Part shown: positions 1-11,513 of the stretch, piece by piece
Layout of the letters: each line of letters starts with the position of its first letter
Position numbering within the stretch: position 1 is the stretch's first letter
DNA from: Chromatiaceae bacterium
GTDB taxonomy: Bacteria; Pseudomonadota; Gammaproteobacteria; Chromatiales; Chromatiaceae
NCBI GenBank assembly: GCA_024235215.1
Contig: JACKMU010000008.1
Span: forward strand, 150,563 to 214,562
Length of the DNA stretch: 64,000 nt
Reading direction: 5' to 3'
Notes under the pieces: model-generated
Databases searched by the model: none
Told to the model about the DNA's origin: nothing
What the model saw: the letters and a program-made list of their open reading frames with translations, nothing else
Made by a program: the position numbers and the translations under genes

Positions 1-327
1 CTGGCTATAGAGTTCAGCACCACCAATCACCATCACCTCGGACACCGCACCGGCCAGTTGCAGCGCTTGGTGCAGATCGCCGGCCAGTTCGCAGCCATCG
101 GCACGGAAATCAAGATTCCGCGATACCACGATGTGGCGCCTGCCCGGAAGTCGACCGGGCAGCGACTGCCAGGTGCGCCGCCCCATGACCATCGGCTTAC
201 CCATCGTCAGTCGTTTGAAATGACCGAGATCCGCAGGCAGATGCCAAGGGAGTTTGCCACCCCGACCGATGACCCGGTTCTCGGCAATGGCGGCAATCAG
301 TGATATTCGGCTCGGCACAGGCTGCAT
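1..327 (-). CDS. folA: dihydrofolate reductase (3' end cut by window edge)
   Basis: Minus-strand translation from ATG 327 (or GTG 318) reads (MQP)VPSRISLIAAIAENRVIGRGGKLPWHLPADLGHFKRLTMGKPMVMGRRTWQSLPGRLPGRRHIVVSRN, the DHFR N-terminal pattern. It lies directly downstream of thyA and is absent from the ORF track because it runs off the edge. Confidence 0.85.
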   Translation of the reverse strand, partial: MQPVPSRISLIAAIAENRVIGRGGKLPWHLPADLGHFKRLTMGKPMVMGRRTWQSLPGRLPGRRHIVVSRNLDFRADGCELAGDLHQALQLAGAVSEVMVIGGAELYSQ

Positions 328-376
328 GGGGCGCGATGGTAACACAGGACACCGGAACGCCATGCAGCTTATGGAA

Positions 377-1171
377 TCAAACTGCGACCGGCGCCTTGAT
401 GTGAGGGTGATAGTGGTAGTCACGCAGATCGAAATCCTCAAAACGGAAATCAAACAGCGATTTCACATCGGGATTCAACACCATCTGCGGCAAAGCGTAG
501 GGCGTTCGCTGCAGCTGTAGCTCGACCTGATCCAGATGATTCGAGTAGAGGTGAGCGTCGCCAAAGGTGTGAATGAACTCCCCTGGCTCGAGCGCTGTCA
601 CCCGGGCAACCATCAGCGTGAGCAGCGCGTAAGAGGCGATATTGAAGGGTACACCGAGAAATACATCGGCACTGCGCTGATAGAGCTGACAGGAGAGGCG
701 CCCGTCGGCCACGTAGAACTGAAACAGACAGTGGCAAGGCGGCAACGCCATCTGATCGATCTGCGTGGGGTTCCAGGCCGTCACCAGGAGACGGCGAGAA
801 TCAGGGTTCCGCCGAATCTGCTCCAGCAGCTGACTCAACTGGTCGATGCTGTGCCCATTGCTGCCGGGCCAGGAGCGCCACTGGGCACCATACACCGGGC
901 CGAGGTCGCCATTCTCATCCGCCCATTCATCCCAGATGCTCACCCCATTCTTTTTCAGATAGGCAATATTGGTATCACCCGCAAGAAACCAGAGCAGTTC
1001 GAATATGATGGATCGCAGATGGAGTTTCTTGGTAGTGACCAACGGGAATCCTGCGCTCAGATCGAAGCGCATCTGATGGCCGAAGATACTGCGGGTACCG
1101 GTACCGGTTCGATCCGCCTTCACCGTACCCTGATCACGCACCCGGCGCATCAACTTCAGATACTGCTTCAT
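377..1171 (-). CDS. thyA: thymidylate synthase
   Basis: 264-aa ORF with [12 protein letters not shown] and the catalytic [13 protein letters not shown] motif. Length and sequence are typical ThyA. Confidence 0.95.
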   Translation of the reverse strand: MKQYLKLMRRVRDQGTVKADRTGTGTRSIFGHQMRFDLSAGFPLVTTKKLHLRSIIFELLWFLAGDTNIAYLKKNGVSIWDEWADENGDLGPVYGAQWRSWPGSNGHSIDQLSQLLEQIRRNPDSRRLLVTAWNPTQIDQMALPPCHCLFQFYVADGRLSCQLYQRSADVFLGVPFNIASYALLTLMVARVTALEPGEFIHTFGDAHLYSNHLDQVELQLQRTPYALPQMVLNPDVKSLFDFRFEDFDLRDYHYHPHIKAPVAV

Positions 1172-1172
1172 T

Positions 1173-2015
1173 TCATCCTGCCACTTTTCGTCTGCGATAG
1201 GCCAACGCCAACAGCACTGCTCCGCCCACCAGCATCGGCAGTGTCAGCAGTTGCCCCATGGTGAACCAACCGAATGCGAGATAGCCGATGTGTGCATCGG
1301 GTAGGCGCAGAAATTCGATCCCAAAACGAAACAGACCATAGCCGATCAGAAACAGCCCGGATACCGCCATCATCGGTCTGACCTTGGCGGAGAAAGTCCA
1401 GAGCAGAATAAACAGCAGCAGCCCCTCCAGCAGCGATTCGTAGAGTTGGGTCGGGTGCAGCGGCGGTGTGAACTCCGCGGTAGCGGGCAGCTGCAGCTTA
1501 TCCCGGCAAAGAGCATAGAAACGTTCGCAGGATACCTGCATCGTCCAGGGCAGATCACCAGGGGCGCCCCACAGCTCTCCATTGATGAAGTTGCCCAGTC
1601 GTCCGGCACCCAGCCCAACTGGGACCAGCGGTGCAATGAAGTCGGTCAGCTGGAAAAACGGACACGACAGCCGCCGGGCATAGAGCCACATGACTACCAG
1701 CACACCCAGCAATCCGCCATGAAACGACATGCCACCTTCCCAGATGCGAAACAGAGAGAGCGGGTCTGCCAGCAGCTGATCCATACCATAAAACAGGGTG
1801 TAGCCGATCCGGCCGCCCAATATCACACCCAACACTGCATAAAAAATCAGGTCGTCAACCTGCTGGCTGCGCCATCCCGAGCTGGAGAGTGCCGCCCGCC
1901 GCCGCGCCAACCACCAAGCCACTGAGAAGCCCAACAGATACATGATACCGTACCAGTGAATACTGAACGGCCCGATCGAGAGTGCTACAGGATTGATATT
2001 TGGATAGGTCAGCAT
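1173..2015 (-). CDS. lgt: prolipoprotein diacylglyceryl transferase
   Basis: 280-aa polytopic membrane ORF ([32 protein letters not shown]). Shows the classical lgt-thyA linkage, 1 nt from the thyA start. Confidence 0.9.
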   Translation of the reverse strand: MLTYPNINPVALSIGPFSIHWYGIMYLLGFSVAWWLARRRAALSSSGWRSQQVDDLIFYAVLGVILGGRIGYTLFYGMDQLLADPLSLFRIWEGGMSFHGGLLGVLVVMWLYARRLSCPFFQLTDFIAPLVPVGLGAGRLGNFINGELWGAPGDLPWTMQVSCERFYALCRDKLQLPATAEFTPPLHPTQLYESLLEGLLLFILLWTFSAKVRPMMAVSGLFLIGYGLFRFGIEFLRLPDAHIGYLAFGWFTMGQLLTLPMLVGGAVLLALAYRRRKVAG

Positions 2016-2134
2016 GGTAGGTTATTTTATCAGGCAAACTTGGGCCAGGCACCCTGCCCCGGTCCGGTTTCAGAGCCGCAAAACAGAGAACACTCACTTT
2101 TAGGCATCCATCACTTATCGAAAGAAGCAAGCAC

Positions 2135-2494
2135 ATGAAAAAGAGATATCCGCTATGGCTGATAGTGCTCTGCCAAGCTACCCTTGCGGGAGAGGTGACC
2201 CTGGTGGACGCCAAAGCCACGCAAACGGCTGCCGGTGTCTACCGCTTCGACGTTACCCTCGAACACAGCGACAGCGGATGGGATCACTATGCCGATCGCT
2301 GGGATGTGGTGGCTCCGAATGGAGAAATCCTGGGAAGTCGTATCCTCTACCACCCGCATGTCAATGAGCAACCATTCACCCGTTCACTCTCCGGAGTCAC
2401 CATTCCCACCGGTGTCGACCAGGTGGATATCAGAGCTCACGACAAACTACACGGTGACAGTCCACAGCGTTTCAGGTTAATTCTCTCTCACTGA
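2135..2494 (+). CDS. hypothetical exported protein
   Basis: 119-aa ORF with an N-terminal signal-peptide-like segment (MKKRYPLWLIVLCQATLAGE). I recognise no family. Confidence 0.55.
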   Translation: MKKRYPLWLIVLCQATLAGEVTLVDAKATQTAAGVYRFDVTLEHSDSGWDHYADRWDVVAPNGEILGSRILYHPHVNEQPFTRSLSGVTIPTGVDQVDIRAHDKLHGDSPQRFRLILSH

Positions 2495-2734
2495 GCGAAG
2501 CATTACCCATTAGGAACTATTTTCGTACCTATCGCTGTATCTTGTGAAGCAAACAATTATAATAGGTCGTGTTGCTATACAGCAGGATCGCCAGCATCGG
2601 CACCGCCGACCGGCGCCTCACCCGAAAAGTCGTGAGGAGATCAGGCTTGGAAGAAATCCGGCAAAAAAGATTTAAGAAACCCGTGCTACTGCCGTTAGAA
2701 ACAGCATGAATTTCTTACATCACGGAAAAACAGG

Positions 2735-3076
2735 TTGATTCGAATGACAACGATGAATCCCCAAAACCCCGGGACACTTGGCCAGCGTTTGCGCTATGTA
2801 CGACTGGATAAAGGCTGGACTCAGGAACAGCTGGCTGCACGCGCGAGCACCAACCAGGCTGTGATACAGAAAATAGAAAACGGCAAGAGCCTGCGCCCTC
2901 GGAAGATCAACGAAATCGCGGCGGTACTGGGTGTCAATCCCGCCTGGCTGATGTTTGGTGAAGAGGCGGACTCCTCTCTGCCCGAGGACGCCAAAAATCT
3001 CGCTGAAGCCTGGAACCGGTTGCCGGAACCGCACCGCTCCCGCATCAAGCGCGAAATTCTTAATCTGGTCGCCTGA
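2735..3076 (+). CDS. XRE (Cro/C1)-family helix-turn-helix transcriptional regulator
   Basis: 113-aa ORF with LGQRLRYVRLDKGWTQEQLAARASTNQAVIQKIENGKSLRPRKINEIAAVLGVNPAWLMFG, a typical HTH_3 domain. Confidence 0.8.
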   Translation: MIRMTTMNPQNPGTLGQRLRYVRLDKGWTQEQLAARASTNQAVIQKIENGKSLRPRKINEIAAVLGVNPAWLMFGEEADSSLPEDAKNLAEAWNRLPEPHRSRIKREILNLVA

Positions 3077-3163
3077 GACTACCCAGCATACCAGCACTCA
3101 AATACAGAAACCTCGGAGTGGCGGAAACACCGCTCCGAGGCACCACTCCGATAGCGTTATCAC

Positions 3164-4360
3164 CTAGAAAGTAGGTAAGACGCGCAGATAAAAAGTTTTC
3201 AGATAGGCGGTCTCAGGAATTGCCGGATGAATTGGATGATCCGGCGATTGATAACCCTGCTCCAGCAGCTGTAACGACCGGTCCAGATGGCGTGCGGACT
3301 GTTGTACCGTCTGCAGCAAACTTTGCGTGGTCATGTGATAGGAACAGGAAGAGGTGATCAGGATTCCATCCCTGGAGAGCAGTTGCATCGCTGCGGTATT
3401 GAGTCGACGATAGGCAAGCGTCCCCTCCTTGAGATCCCTGCGCCGCTTGATAAAAGCCGGTGGATCGACCATTACCACGTCAAACTTCTCTTGTTCCGCC
3501 CGTAAATCACGCAGTGCGTCGAACACATCCCCCTGTACAAACGCCACCCGATCGGTGACACCATTCAGCTGCGCATTCAATTCTGCCTGGTCAAGCGCGA
3601 GTTTAGAGCTGTCCACACAATAGACATCGCTTGCACCTGCGACCGCTGCCTGCACCCCCCAGGCACCCACATAACTGAAAAGATCGAGCACCCGCTTTCC
3701 GGCCACATAATTCACCATTCTGGCACGATTGAAGGCCTGGTCGAAGAACCAGCCGGTCTTCTGACCCTCGGCAGCGGCCACCCGAAAATGGGCGCTGTTC
3801 TCCGCCACGTCAAGACGCTCTGGCAGATCTCCCAACGCCACCTCGGTGTATCGCACCAGCCCCTCGCTCTCTCTTATCACGGCGTCGTTGCGTAGCAGTA
3901 TACAAACCGGCTTGACCACTTTCTCGATCGCAGCGACCACCGACTCCTTCAGCCACTCCATGCCCGCAGTGGTGATCTGCACCACCACCGCATCGCCATA
4001 GCGATCCACGACCAAACCAGGCAAGCCATCGCTTTCACCGAACAGCAATCGGTAGTAGGGTTTCTGATACAGCCGCTCACGCAAGCCGAGCGCAATCTTC
4101 AAGCGATGCACCAGCAGTGAACCATTCAACGGATGGTTGGGATCCCGACTCACCAGTCGTGCGCAGATGAGCGAATGCGGATTGACGTAGCCGGAGCCGA
4201 GCCACTTACCACTCGCTGAAACAATATCCACCGGTTGCCCCGGCTGCATCCCTTGCAGCGGCGTCTTGTCGGTATCCACTTCGTTGCTGTAGACCCAACA
4301 ATGCCCTGATCGCAGGCGGCTTTCGCACCCTTTTTTCAGACTCAATGGTGAACCGTTCAT
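3164..4360 (-). CDS. rlmI: class I SAM-dependent rRNA methyltransferase, RlmI-like (PUA + MTase)
   Basis: 398-aa ORF. N-terminal PUA-like LKKGCESRLRSGHCWVYSNEV, central VLDLFSYVGAWG SAM-binding loop, VMVDPPAF motif. Confidence 0.75.
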   Translation of the reverse strand: MNGSPLSLKKGCESRLRSGHCWVYSNEVDTDKTPLQGMQPGQPVDIVSASGKWLGSGYVNPHSLICARLVSRDPNHPLNGSLLVHRLKIALGLRERLYQKPYYRLLFGESDGLPGLVVDRYGDAVVVQITTAGMEWLKESVVAAIEKVVKPVCILLRNDAVIRESEGLVRYTEVALGDLPERLDVAENSAHFRVAAAEGQKTGWFFDQAFNRARMVNYVAGKRVLDLFSYVGAWGVQAAVAGASDVYCVDSSKLALDQAELNAQLNGVTDRVAFVQGDVFDALRDLRAEQEKFDVVMVDPPAFIKRRRDLKEGTLAYRRLNTAAMQLLSRDGILITSSCSYHMTTQSLLQTVQQSARHLDRSLQLLEQGYQSPDHPIHPAIPETAYLKTFYLRVLPTF

Positions 4361-4513
4361 AATCTCCCGGGTGCCTCAACTCCCACTCAGTACCGCCCAC
4401 GTGTTCAGCGGTGTACCCGTACAAGTTTAACAGAGAGCGGCCTGCTGTTTTACAATCTCGGCTTTGTTCTCCCGCCACTAACCTGGATTGTGGAATCAGC
4501 AGAGGTTTCAGCA

Positions 4514-5563
4514 ATGTTCCTGCCCAAAATGAAATGGCCAGTGGTAGCTAGCCTTTTCTGGCTGGCTCTGTTTCTCGCGTTGACTCCCGCATCAGCTCAG
4601 GAGGAGCCGGCCAGGGTTACCACCGCCGCCCTCGCGGATCTACTCTACCATCCGCTCTATACGGCGCCGGCAACCACCCTGAGTCTGAATGAAAGCCGCG
4701 TCGGTCCGCGTACACCCGGGTTCATCCTGCGTCTTCCGGTGCGGGTCGGGGATCGTATCGAACAGGGCAATACGCTGGCGGAGCTGGACTGCACCACCAA
4801 TGGGACACTGTTGAAGCAGGCAGATGCGGCCAGGGCGTCGGCCCATGCGCAGCTGATGCTGGCACAGCGTCAAATCAAACGATCTCAAACCCTGCGTAAA
4901 GAACGCAATATCTCGGAAGAGGTTCTCAATCAGCGACAGGCCGACCTGGAGACCGCCCAGGCTGAACTGAATCAGGCGGTTGCGGCACTGGAACGGGCGC
5001 AGTATGACTCGGATCAGTGCCGGATCACCGCTCCGTTCACTGGTATCGTCCTGGAACGGCTGGCAGCGGAAGGTGAATGGATCTCCCCCGGAGAACCGGT
5101 GGTGCGGCTGCTTGACAGCGAGCGGCTGGAGGTCTCCGCGCAGATTCCGCTGCACCAGGTTGACACACTGGTAGCAGCGGATACGCCAGTACTGACGGCT
5201 GGGGACGTGCGTTATCCACTCCATCTGCGCCATCTGCTGGCGGTAGTGGACTCACGCGGACGCAACCGCGAGGCGCGTCTGGAATTCATCCAGGCTCAGG
5301 CGCTGCCCGGCAGCAGTGGCCGCTTGCAGTGGCGCAGCACCCGACCGCATCTGCCGGCGGATTTGCTGGTGCGGCGCCAGCAGCTGGGCGTGATGCTGGA
5401 AGAGAACGGCAGCGCCCGCTTTCACCCGCTGCCCGATGCACTGGAGGGGCATCCGGCCGTGATCGATCTCCCCGGCCATAGCCGGATCATCTTACAGGGA
5501 CGACACAGCCTGTCCGACGGCGACCCTGTTCAACTCTCCGATCCAACACCGGTGAGCCGCTAA
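4514..5563 (+). CDS. efflux RND transporter periplasmic adaptor (HlyD/MFP family)
   Basis: Signal/anchor segment, coiled-coil region (AQLMLAQRQIKRSQTL...LETAQAELNQAVAALERAQ) and the ITAPFTGIV barrel motif. ATG 4514 follows AGAGG; the track ORF opens at GTG 4490. Confidence 0.85.
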   Translation: MFLPKMKWPVVASLFWLALFLALTPASAQEEPARVTTAALADLLYHPLYTAPATTLSLNESRVGPRTPGFILRLPVRVGDRIEQGNTLAELDCTTNGTLLKQADAARASAHAQLMLAQRQIKRSQTLRKERNISEEVLNQRQADLETAQAELNQAVAALERAQYDSDQCRITAPFTGIVLERLAAEGEWISPGEPVVRLLDSERLEVSAQIPLHQVDTLVAADTPVLTAGDVRYPLHLRHLLAVVDSRGRNREARLEFIQAQALPGSSGRLQWRSTRPHLPADLLVRRQQLGVMLEENGSARFHPLPDALEGHPAVIDLPGHSRIILQGRHSLSDGDPVQLSDPTPVSR

Positions 5564-5565
5564 CG

Positions 5566-8500
5566 ATGCTGGCACGACTGTTTCAAAACCATGTGCTGGC
5601 CAACCTGACCTTCGTGCTGGTGCTGACCATGGGTTTTCTCTGCTACAACCTGTTGCCACGCCAGCAGGATCCCAGCATCAATTTCAACTGGATCGACATC
5701 ACCACCGTGCTGCCAGGCGCCGCTGCAGAGGATGTGGAGAGGCGGGTCACCGAAGTGCTGGAGAAAAATATCCGTCGGGTAGCGGATGTCAAATTCGTCT
5801 CCAGCATAAGCAGGGAGAGCCTATCCAACATTCTGGTCCGTTTTCACGATTTGCCGGAGCGACTCTTCGACAAACGGGTCGCCGACCTGCGGCGCGAAGT
5901 GCAGAATGCCGAGTCCGAACTGCCCGATGAGGCTGCTTCCCCCTTCATCTTCGAAATTACCAGCGCCAACGCCTTTCCCAGCGCGGTGCTGGCAGTGGTG
6001 GGAATGGCGGATGACGAAAATCTACGGCGCCAGGGAGAGCTGGTGAAGAAGGATCTGGAGCGGATGCTCGGGGTGGACCGCATCCTCACGACCGCACTGC
6101 ACGACCCGGAAATACAGATAAATTTTCTCCCGGAACGGTTGGAAGCGGCCGGTATCTCACCCAGTCAACTGAGCGACACCTTGGCCAACAGTTTTAAGGA
6201 TATCGCAGCCGGAAACACCAGAATCCAGGACCAGAAGTGGCTGGTCAGAATCATTGGGCGTGACAGCAGGCCAGCGCAGCTGGCACGCCTGCCGGTGCTG
6301 GGTGCGGCGGGTGAAATACCACTGGGGAGTCTGGCCGAAGTGGTCCGCGCCAGGGAGGAGCCGGCGGCACTGGTACGTTATAACGGCCAGCCGGCAATCA
6401 TGCTGGCAATCACCAAGAAGGAGAACGCCAATACGCTGGAGCTGGTACAACGGATCGCCGAGTACCTGGAGCAGCGCAACCGCTTCAGCAGCGGTACCGG
6501 CGTCACGCTCAGGCTGATCGATGATCAGACCGAAATCACCCGCAGCGCACTGCGCACGATGGAGACCAACGCGCTGTTGGGATTACTGCTGGTTCTGCTG
6601 GTCACCTGGCTGTTTCTCGGCAGCCGAATCGCATTGCTGACCACCATCGGTATTCCATTCATTCTCGCTGGGACCTTCTGGACCCTGTACAGCCTGGACC
6701 ACTCGCTCAACGTCACCGTGCTGCTCGGGGTAGTGATCAGTCTGGGCATGCTGGTGGATGATGCGGTAGTCGTCGTGGAGTCGATCTATTACCGGTTACA
6801 ACGCGGAATGGCCACCCTGCCCGCCACATTGGAGGCGCTGCGCGAGGTATTCGCTCCGGTGACAACCGCGGTGCTGACCACGATGGCAGCCTTTCTGCCG
6901 CTGATGCTGCTGCCGGGAATCCTCGGAAAATACATGTTGGTCATCCCGCTGGTGGTCACCATCGCATTGACGATCAGTCTGATCGAGGCTTACTGGATGC
7001 TGCCGGCGCACATGTTAGGCGCCGGCATCAATCTCTCCCGACCATCGCGCATCCAGGTTTACCGGGTCAGATTTCTCCACGCGATAAGGCGCGGTTACAC
7101 CCGGCTGCTGATCCGGGCGCTGCGCTGGCCGCGCCTGATTCTCCTGCTGGTGGTGAGCATCTCCAGCGCAGCAATGGCAGCCGCACTGAACGGTCAGGTA
7201 AAGATTGATTTCTTCGCATCAGACCCGATACGCCTCTTCTATATCAACCTGGAAATGGCACCCGGCACCCCGCTGCAGCTGACCATGCAGAAGGTACTGG
7301 AGGTGGAACAGCGCCTACGTCTCGAGGTGCGGCCGGGTGAAGTGCGTAACATCATCAGTTATGCCGGGCAGATGTTTACCGAAACCACCCCTTACTACGG
7401 AGATCAGTTTGGCCAGATCATGGTCGCACTCACCCCGACCAGCGAAGCACTGCGCAGCGTGGATGAGATGATCGAGTCGATGCGCAACCGGATAGTGGCG
7501 ACTCCCGGCACCGAAAAAATCTCCTTTCTCCGGCTGGCAGGGGGTCCACCCACCTCCAAACCGATCCACATCAAAGTTCGCGGCGATGAGGTGGAGGCGC
7601 TACGCCAGGCTGTGGCGGCACTGAAATCGATCCTGTCGCAGCATCCGGCGATCCGCGATATCAGCGATGACGACAGCGTCGGCCAGATGGAGCTGCGCGC
7701 CCGGGTCGACCAGGATGCGGCGCGCCGTGCCGGTATCACACCGGACGAGGTGATGCGCACCCTGCGCCTGCTGATTGACGGGGAGATCATTGCCGAACTA
7801 CAGGATCAGGGCGAAGAGCTGGAGGTTAGGGTACGCGCCAAACCGGGTGAACTGGACAATATCGGCGTACCCGGCGATTTCATGCTGCCGCTGGAGCAAG
7901 GTGGACGGATCGCACTCAAAGAGCTGCTGATCACCGAATCAGGCGCCAGCCTGGGGAATATCCGCCATTACGATTTTCGCCGTGCGATCACCGTCGAGGC
8001 GGACCTGGACAAGTCACGCGCCGATACCGTGAGCGCCAATCGGGAGATCCTGGATGCCTGGAAGCGGATACACAGCCGTTTTCCAGAAATAAATCTCGAT
8101 TTTTCCGGCGAGTTGGACGACATTCAGGAGAGCATCGACTCCATCCAGGTACTCTTTCTTCTCGGTCTGGGGTTGATGTACATGATACTGGGCACCCAGT
8201 TCGGCAGCTATTTCCAGCCGCTGATGATCCTGACCACGGTGCCGATGGCGTTTACCGGGGTAGTGGTTGGGCTGATCATCACCGAAAATCCGCTGAGTCT
8301 CTTCACCCTATATGGCGTCGTCGCACTTGCCGGTATCGCGGTCAATGCAGCCATCGTGCTGATCAGTGCCGCCAACGAGCGTCTGCAGCGTGGCATGAGT
8401 GTATTGCACGCCACACTCTACGCGGCACGCCGTCGTGTCACCCCCATCCTGATCACCTCACTGACCACCATTGCCGGACTCTTCTCCCTGGCAACCGGCC

Positions 8501-8658
8501 TGGGTGGCCACTCACTGATGTGGGGACCGGTGGCCACCGCGATCGTCTGGGGGCTGCTGGTCTCCACACTGCTTACGCTGTTCGTGATCCCGCTGCTCTA
8601 TCGCATCTCCATGGGTTCACGACTGGCAACCCGCAGACGCAGCCACAGCAGCAGATGA
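5566..8658 (+). CDS. efflux RND transporter permease (AcrB/HAE family)
   Basis: 1030-aa, 12-TM-type ORF with the duplicated AcrB architecture (GMLVDDAVVVVE motif). Starts 3 nt after the adaptor gene. No outer-membrane factor gene is adjacent. Confidence 0.9.
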   Translation: MLARLFQNHVLANLTFVLVLTMGFLCYNLLPRQQDPSINFNWIDITTVLPGAAAEDVERRVTEVLEKNIRRVADVKFVSSISRESLSNILVRFHDLPERLFDKRVADLRREVQNAESELPDEAASPFIFEITSANAFPSAVLAVVGMADDENLRRQGELVKKDLERMLGVDRILTTALHDPEIQINFLPERLEAAGISPSQLSDTLANSFKDIAAGNTRIQDQKWLVRIIGRDSRPAQLARLPVLGAAGEIPLGSLAEVVRAREEPAALVRYNGQPAIMLAITKKENANTLELVQRIAEYLEQRNRFSSGTGVTLRLIDDQTEITRSALRTMETNALLGLLLVLLVTWLFLGSRIALLTTIGIPFILAGTFWTLYSLDHSLNVTVLLGVVISLGMLVDDAVVVVESIYYRLQRGMATLPATLEALREVFAPVTTAVLTTMAAFLPLMLLPGILGKYMLVIPLVVTIALTISLIEAYWMLPAHMLGAGINLSRPSRIQVYRVRFLHAIRRGYTRLLIRALRWPRLILLLVVSISSAAMAAALNGQVKIDFFASDPIRLFYINLEMAPGTPLQLTMQKVLEVEQRLRLEVRPGEVRNIISYAGQMFTETTPYYGDQFGQIMVALTPTSEALRSVDEMIESMRNRIVATPGTEKISFLRLAGGPPTSKPIHIKVRGDEVEALRQAVAALKSILSQHPAIRDISDDDSVGQMELRARVDQDAARRAGITPDEVMRTLRLLIDGEIIAELQDQGEELEVRVRAKPGELDNIGVPGDFMLPLEQGGRIALKELLITESGASLGNIRHYDFRRAITVEADLDKSRADTVSANREILDAWKRIHSRFPEINLDFSGELDDIQESIDSIQVLFLLGLGLMYMILGTQFGSYFQPLMILTTVPMAFTGVVVGLIITENPLSLFTLYGVVALAGIAVNAAIVLISAANERLQRGMSVLHATLYAARRRVTPILITSLTTIAGLFSLATGLGGHSLMWGPVATAIVWGLLVSTLLTLFVIPLLYRISMGSRLATRRRSHSSR

Positions 8659-8777
8659 TTACTGAGTGACTTTCTCCATCCCTGCTGACCCGCCGAGCAC
8701 GCTTCAGACTTACTCCTTAACCCACCGTTAGCGTTATAGTGGGATGACTTTTTCCTCCATTCCGGGATTTTTGTTTT

Positions 8778-10853
8778 ATGGCAAGCAACAGACTGGCAGA
8801 TGCCAGCAGCCCCTATCTGCTTCAGCACGCAAACAACCCGGTGCACTGGCAGCCGTGGGACGAAGAGGCACTGACATTGGCGAAAAGAGAAGACAAGCCG
8901 ATTCTGCTCTCGATAGGCTACTCCGCCTGCCACTGGTGCCATGTAATGGCACATGAATCGTTTGAAGATCAGGCGACCGCCGCACTGATGAACGAGTTTT
9001 TTGTCAATATCAAGGTGGACCGGGAGGAGCGCCCCGACCTCGACCAGATCTATCAGTCAGCCCACCAGCTGCTCGCACAGCGGCCTGGAGGGTGGCCGCT
9101 GACCCTGTTTTTGACACCAGGCGACCAGACGCCGTTTTTTGCCGGCACCTACTTTCCGCGTGAGGCACGTCACGGATTGCCGTCCTTCACGCAGCTGCTG
9201 AGGAGCATCACCAGCGCCTATTTACAGCAGCGGGCGCAAATCATGGAGCAGAACCAGACGCTGCAGCAGGCGCTGGCGACGCTCAATCCACAGCAGAGCA
9301 GTGCCGATCAGCAACTCAATGCCCAGCCGATAGAGGGCGCCTATCGTCAACTACTGGAACATTTCGATGAACTGCATGGTGGTTTCGGAAAGGCGCCCAA
9401 ATTTCCCCATCCAGCCAGCCTGGTGCGCCTGCTCCGCCACTGGTCACTGAAACAGATTGCTGGCAGATCCTCCCCACGTACCCTGCATCTGGTCGACCAC
9501 ACCCTGACCCGAATGGCATTGGGGGGTGTCAACGACCAGCTTGGCGGTGGTCTCTACCGCTATTCCACCGATGATGCCTGGATGATCCCACATTTTGAAA
9601 AGATGCTCTACGACAACGGTCCGCTACTGGGTCTTTATGCGGATCTTTGGCAGACCACGCGAAAATCGCTGTTTCGGGAGACGGCCCAGCGGACCGCTGA
9701 ATGGGTGATGCGGGAGATGCAGTCGCCTGCGGGTGGTTACTACTCGTCGCTGGATGCCGATAGCGAGGGTGGGGAAGGGAGCTTCTACCTCTGGTCCACC
9801 GATCAGGTCCGGGTACTGCTGAACGATGCGGAGTACCGCCATCTGGCCCGCTTTTATGGGCTCGACCGTGCACCCAATTTCGAGGGGCGCTGGCATCTGC
9901 ACGGCTTCACCTCCATCGCCGATCTCAACCAGGCGTTCAACACCACTGGTACAGAGGCAAGAGCACTGCTCGACTCCGCCCGGGAAAAGCTGTTCAGTGC
10001 GCGCGCCTCGCGTATCCGCCCCGATCGGGACGAGAAGATCCTTACCTCCTGGAATGCGCTGATGATCAAGGGCATGGCCAGAGCGGGCCGACTGCTGGCA
10101 CGCGAGGATTTCATCGGATCTGCGGATCAGGCTTTATGTTTCATCCGCAGAGAACTCTGGGTCAATGAGCGACTGCTGGCAAGCCATGCGGGTGGCCAGT
10201 CACATCTACCGGCCTATCTGGATGACTACGCCTTCCTGATCGACGCCATACTGGAACTGCTGCAGACACGCTGGAACAGAGACGATCTGAACTTTGCCAT
10301 CCGCCTGGCGGAGGCACTGCTGCACCATTTTTACGATCCGGAAGCGGGTGGGTTCTTCTTTACCGCTGATGACCACGAACAGCTGATCCACCGCCCCAAG
10401 CCGTTCACTGACAACGCGACACCATCCGGCAACGGCATCGCCGCCAGCGTACTCGTCCGCCTTGGCCACCTGCTGGGAGAGGGGCGTTATCTGAGCGCCG
10501 CGGAGCGCACACTGCAAACTGCCTGGGCCAGGATGATACAGCTCCCCTCCGCCCACTGCACATTGCTGGACGCGCTGGAAGAGATCATCTATCCCAGTGA
10601 GATCATCGTGATCCGGGGTGCCGCTGCGCATCTGGATCGGTGGCGACAGCGTGCATCTGCCTATTACGCACCGCAGCGCTACACCCTGGCTGTTCCCGCT
10701 GAAGAGAGTCAGCTGCCTGGTCTGCTCGCCACACGCACCGCGGCTGCCAGCCCACTCGCTTACATCTGTCGCGGAGAATACTGTGAGTGTCCGTTCGCTG
10801 ATTTCTCGCAATTTGACCGGCGCCTGTCGGAAAGCGAATGCCGCCTCCCCTGA
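8778..10853 (+). CDS. thioredoxin domain-containing protein (YyaL/DUF255 family)
   Basis: 691-aa ORF. N-terminus is [54 protein letters not shown], followed by a six-hairpin glycosidase-like region. Confidence 0.85.
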   Translation: MASNRLADASSPYLLQHANNPVHWQPWDEEALTLAKREDKPILLSIGYSACHWCHVMAHESFEDQATAALMNEFFVNIKVDREERPDLDQIYQSAHQLLAQRPGGWPLTLFLTPGDQTPFFAGTYFPREARHGLPSFTQLLRSITSAYLQQRAQIMEQNQTLQQALATLNPQQSSADQQLNAQPIEGAYRQLLEHFDELHGGFGKAPKFPHPASLVRLLRHWSLKQIAGRSSPRTLHLVDHTLTRMALGGVNDQLGGGLYRYSTDDAWMIPHFEKMLYDNGPLLGLYADLWQTTRKSLFRETAQRTAEWVMREMQSPAGGYYSSLDADSEGGEGSFYLWSTDQVRVLLNDAEYRHLARFYGLDRAPNFEGRWHLHGFTSIADLNQAFNTTGTEARALLDSAREKLFSARASRIRPDRDEKILTSWNALMIKGMARAGRLLAREDFIGSADQALCFIRRELWVNERLLASHAGGQSHLPAYLDDYAFLIDAILELLQTRWNRDDLNFAIRLAEALLHHFYDPEAGGFFFTADDHEQLIHRPKPFTDNATPSGNGIAASVLVRLGHLLGEGRYLSAAERTLQTAWARMIQLPSAHCTLLDALEEIIYPSEIIVIRGAAAHLDRWRQRASAYYAPQRYTLAVPAEESQLPGLLATRTAAASPLAYICRGEYCECPFADFSQFDRRLSESECRLP

Positions 10854-11021
10854 CCCGACAGCCGGATTGCCCTGATTGAAGATGCCGGAAACGCTGAACG
10901 ATCGCCTGATTCAGACCTGTCCAAAACCCCGCTGTCACATTGAGTCAGCGCTGATCCAACCCAAACCAGCTTTGGTGCTTGGATCTGTCAGAGTCTGCGA
11001 CCCACCGCAACTGTTCTGGCG

Positions 11022-11477
11022 TTATTGCCTCCAGCGCTCCTCCGCGTCGGCGTCACTCTGCCTGGCGCTGACCCAGCGGTTACCCTGCCGGGTATGCTCC
11101 TTTTTCCAGAAGGGCGCGCGCGTCTTCAGATAGTCGATGATCTGTTCGCAGGCGCGAAAAGCTTCTCCCCGATGAGTCGCCGCAACGGCGACCAGCACAA
11201 TGGTATCCAGCGGTTTCAGCTCTCCCACGCGGTGAATCACACGAACTGCACTGAGATCCCAGCGGCGCTCAGCTTCATCCACAATAAGCTGCAGCGCCTT
11301 CTCAGTCATTCCCGGATAGTGTTCCAGAAACATGCTGGAGACCTGATCGCCCTCGTTCATGTCGCGCATCAATCCGACAAAAGTAACCAGCGCACCGATT
11401 TTGGGGTTCTCCGCTCTCAGCTCATTCTGTATCTCTGCAATGTCGAATGGTTCTGTTTGGATGGTGATTTTGTTCAT
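11022..11477 (-). CDS. moaE: molybdopterin synthase catalytic subunit
   Basis: MNKITIQTEPFDIAEIQNEL...GALVTFVGLMRD...VAVAATHRGEAFRACEQIIDYLKTRAPFWKKE is typical MoaE. ATG 11477 is preferred over the track start at 11498. Confidence 0.9.
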   Translation of the reverse strand: MNKITIQTEPFDIAEIQNELRAENPKIGALVTFVGLMRDMNEGDQVSSMFLEHYPGMTEKALQLIVDEAERRWDLSAVRVIHRVGELKPLDTIVLVAVAATHRGEAFRACEQIIDYLKTRAPFWKKEHTRQGNRWVSARQSDADAEERWRQ

Positions 11478-11513
11478 GCATGGCACCTTGGTCAGCATCT
11501 GCTTGTGTCGATC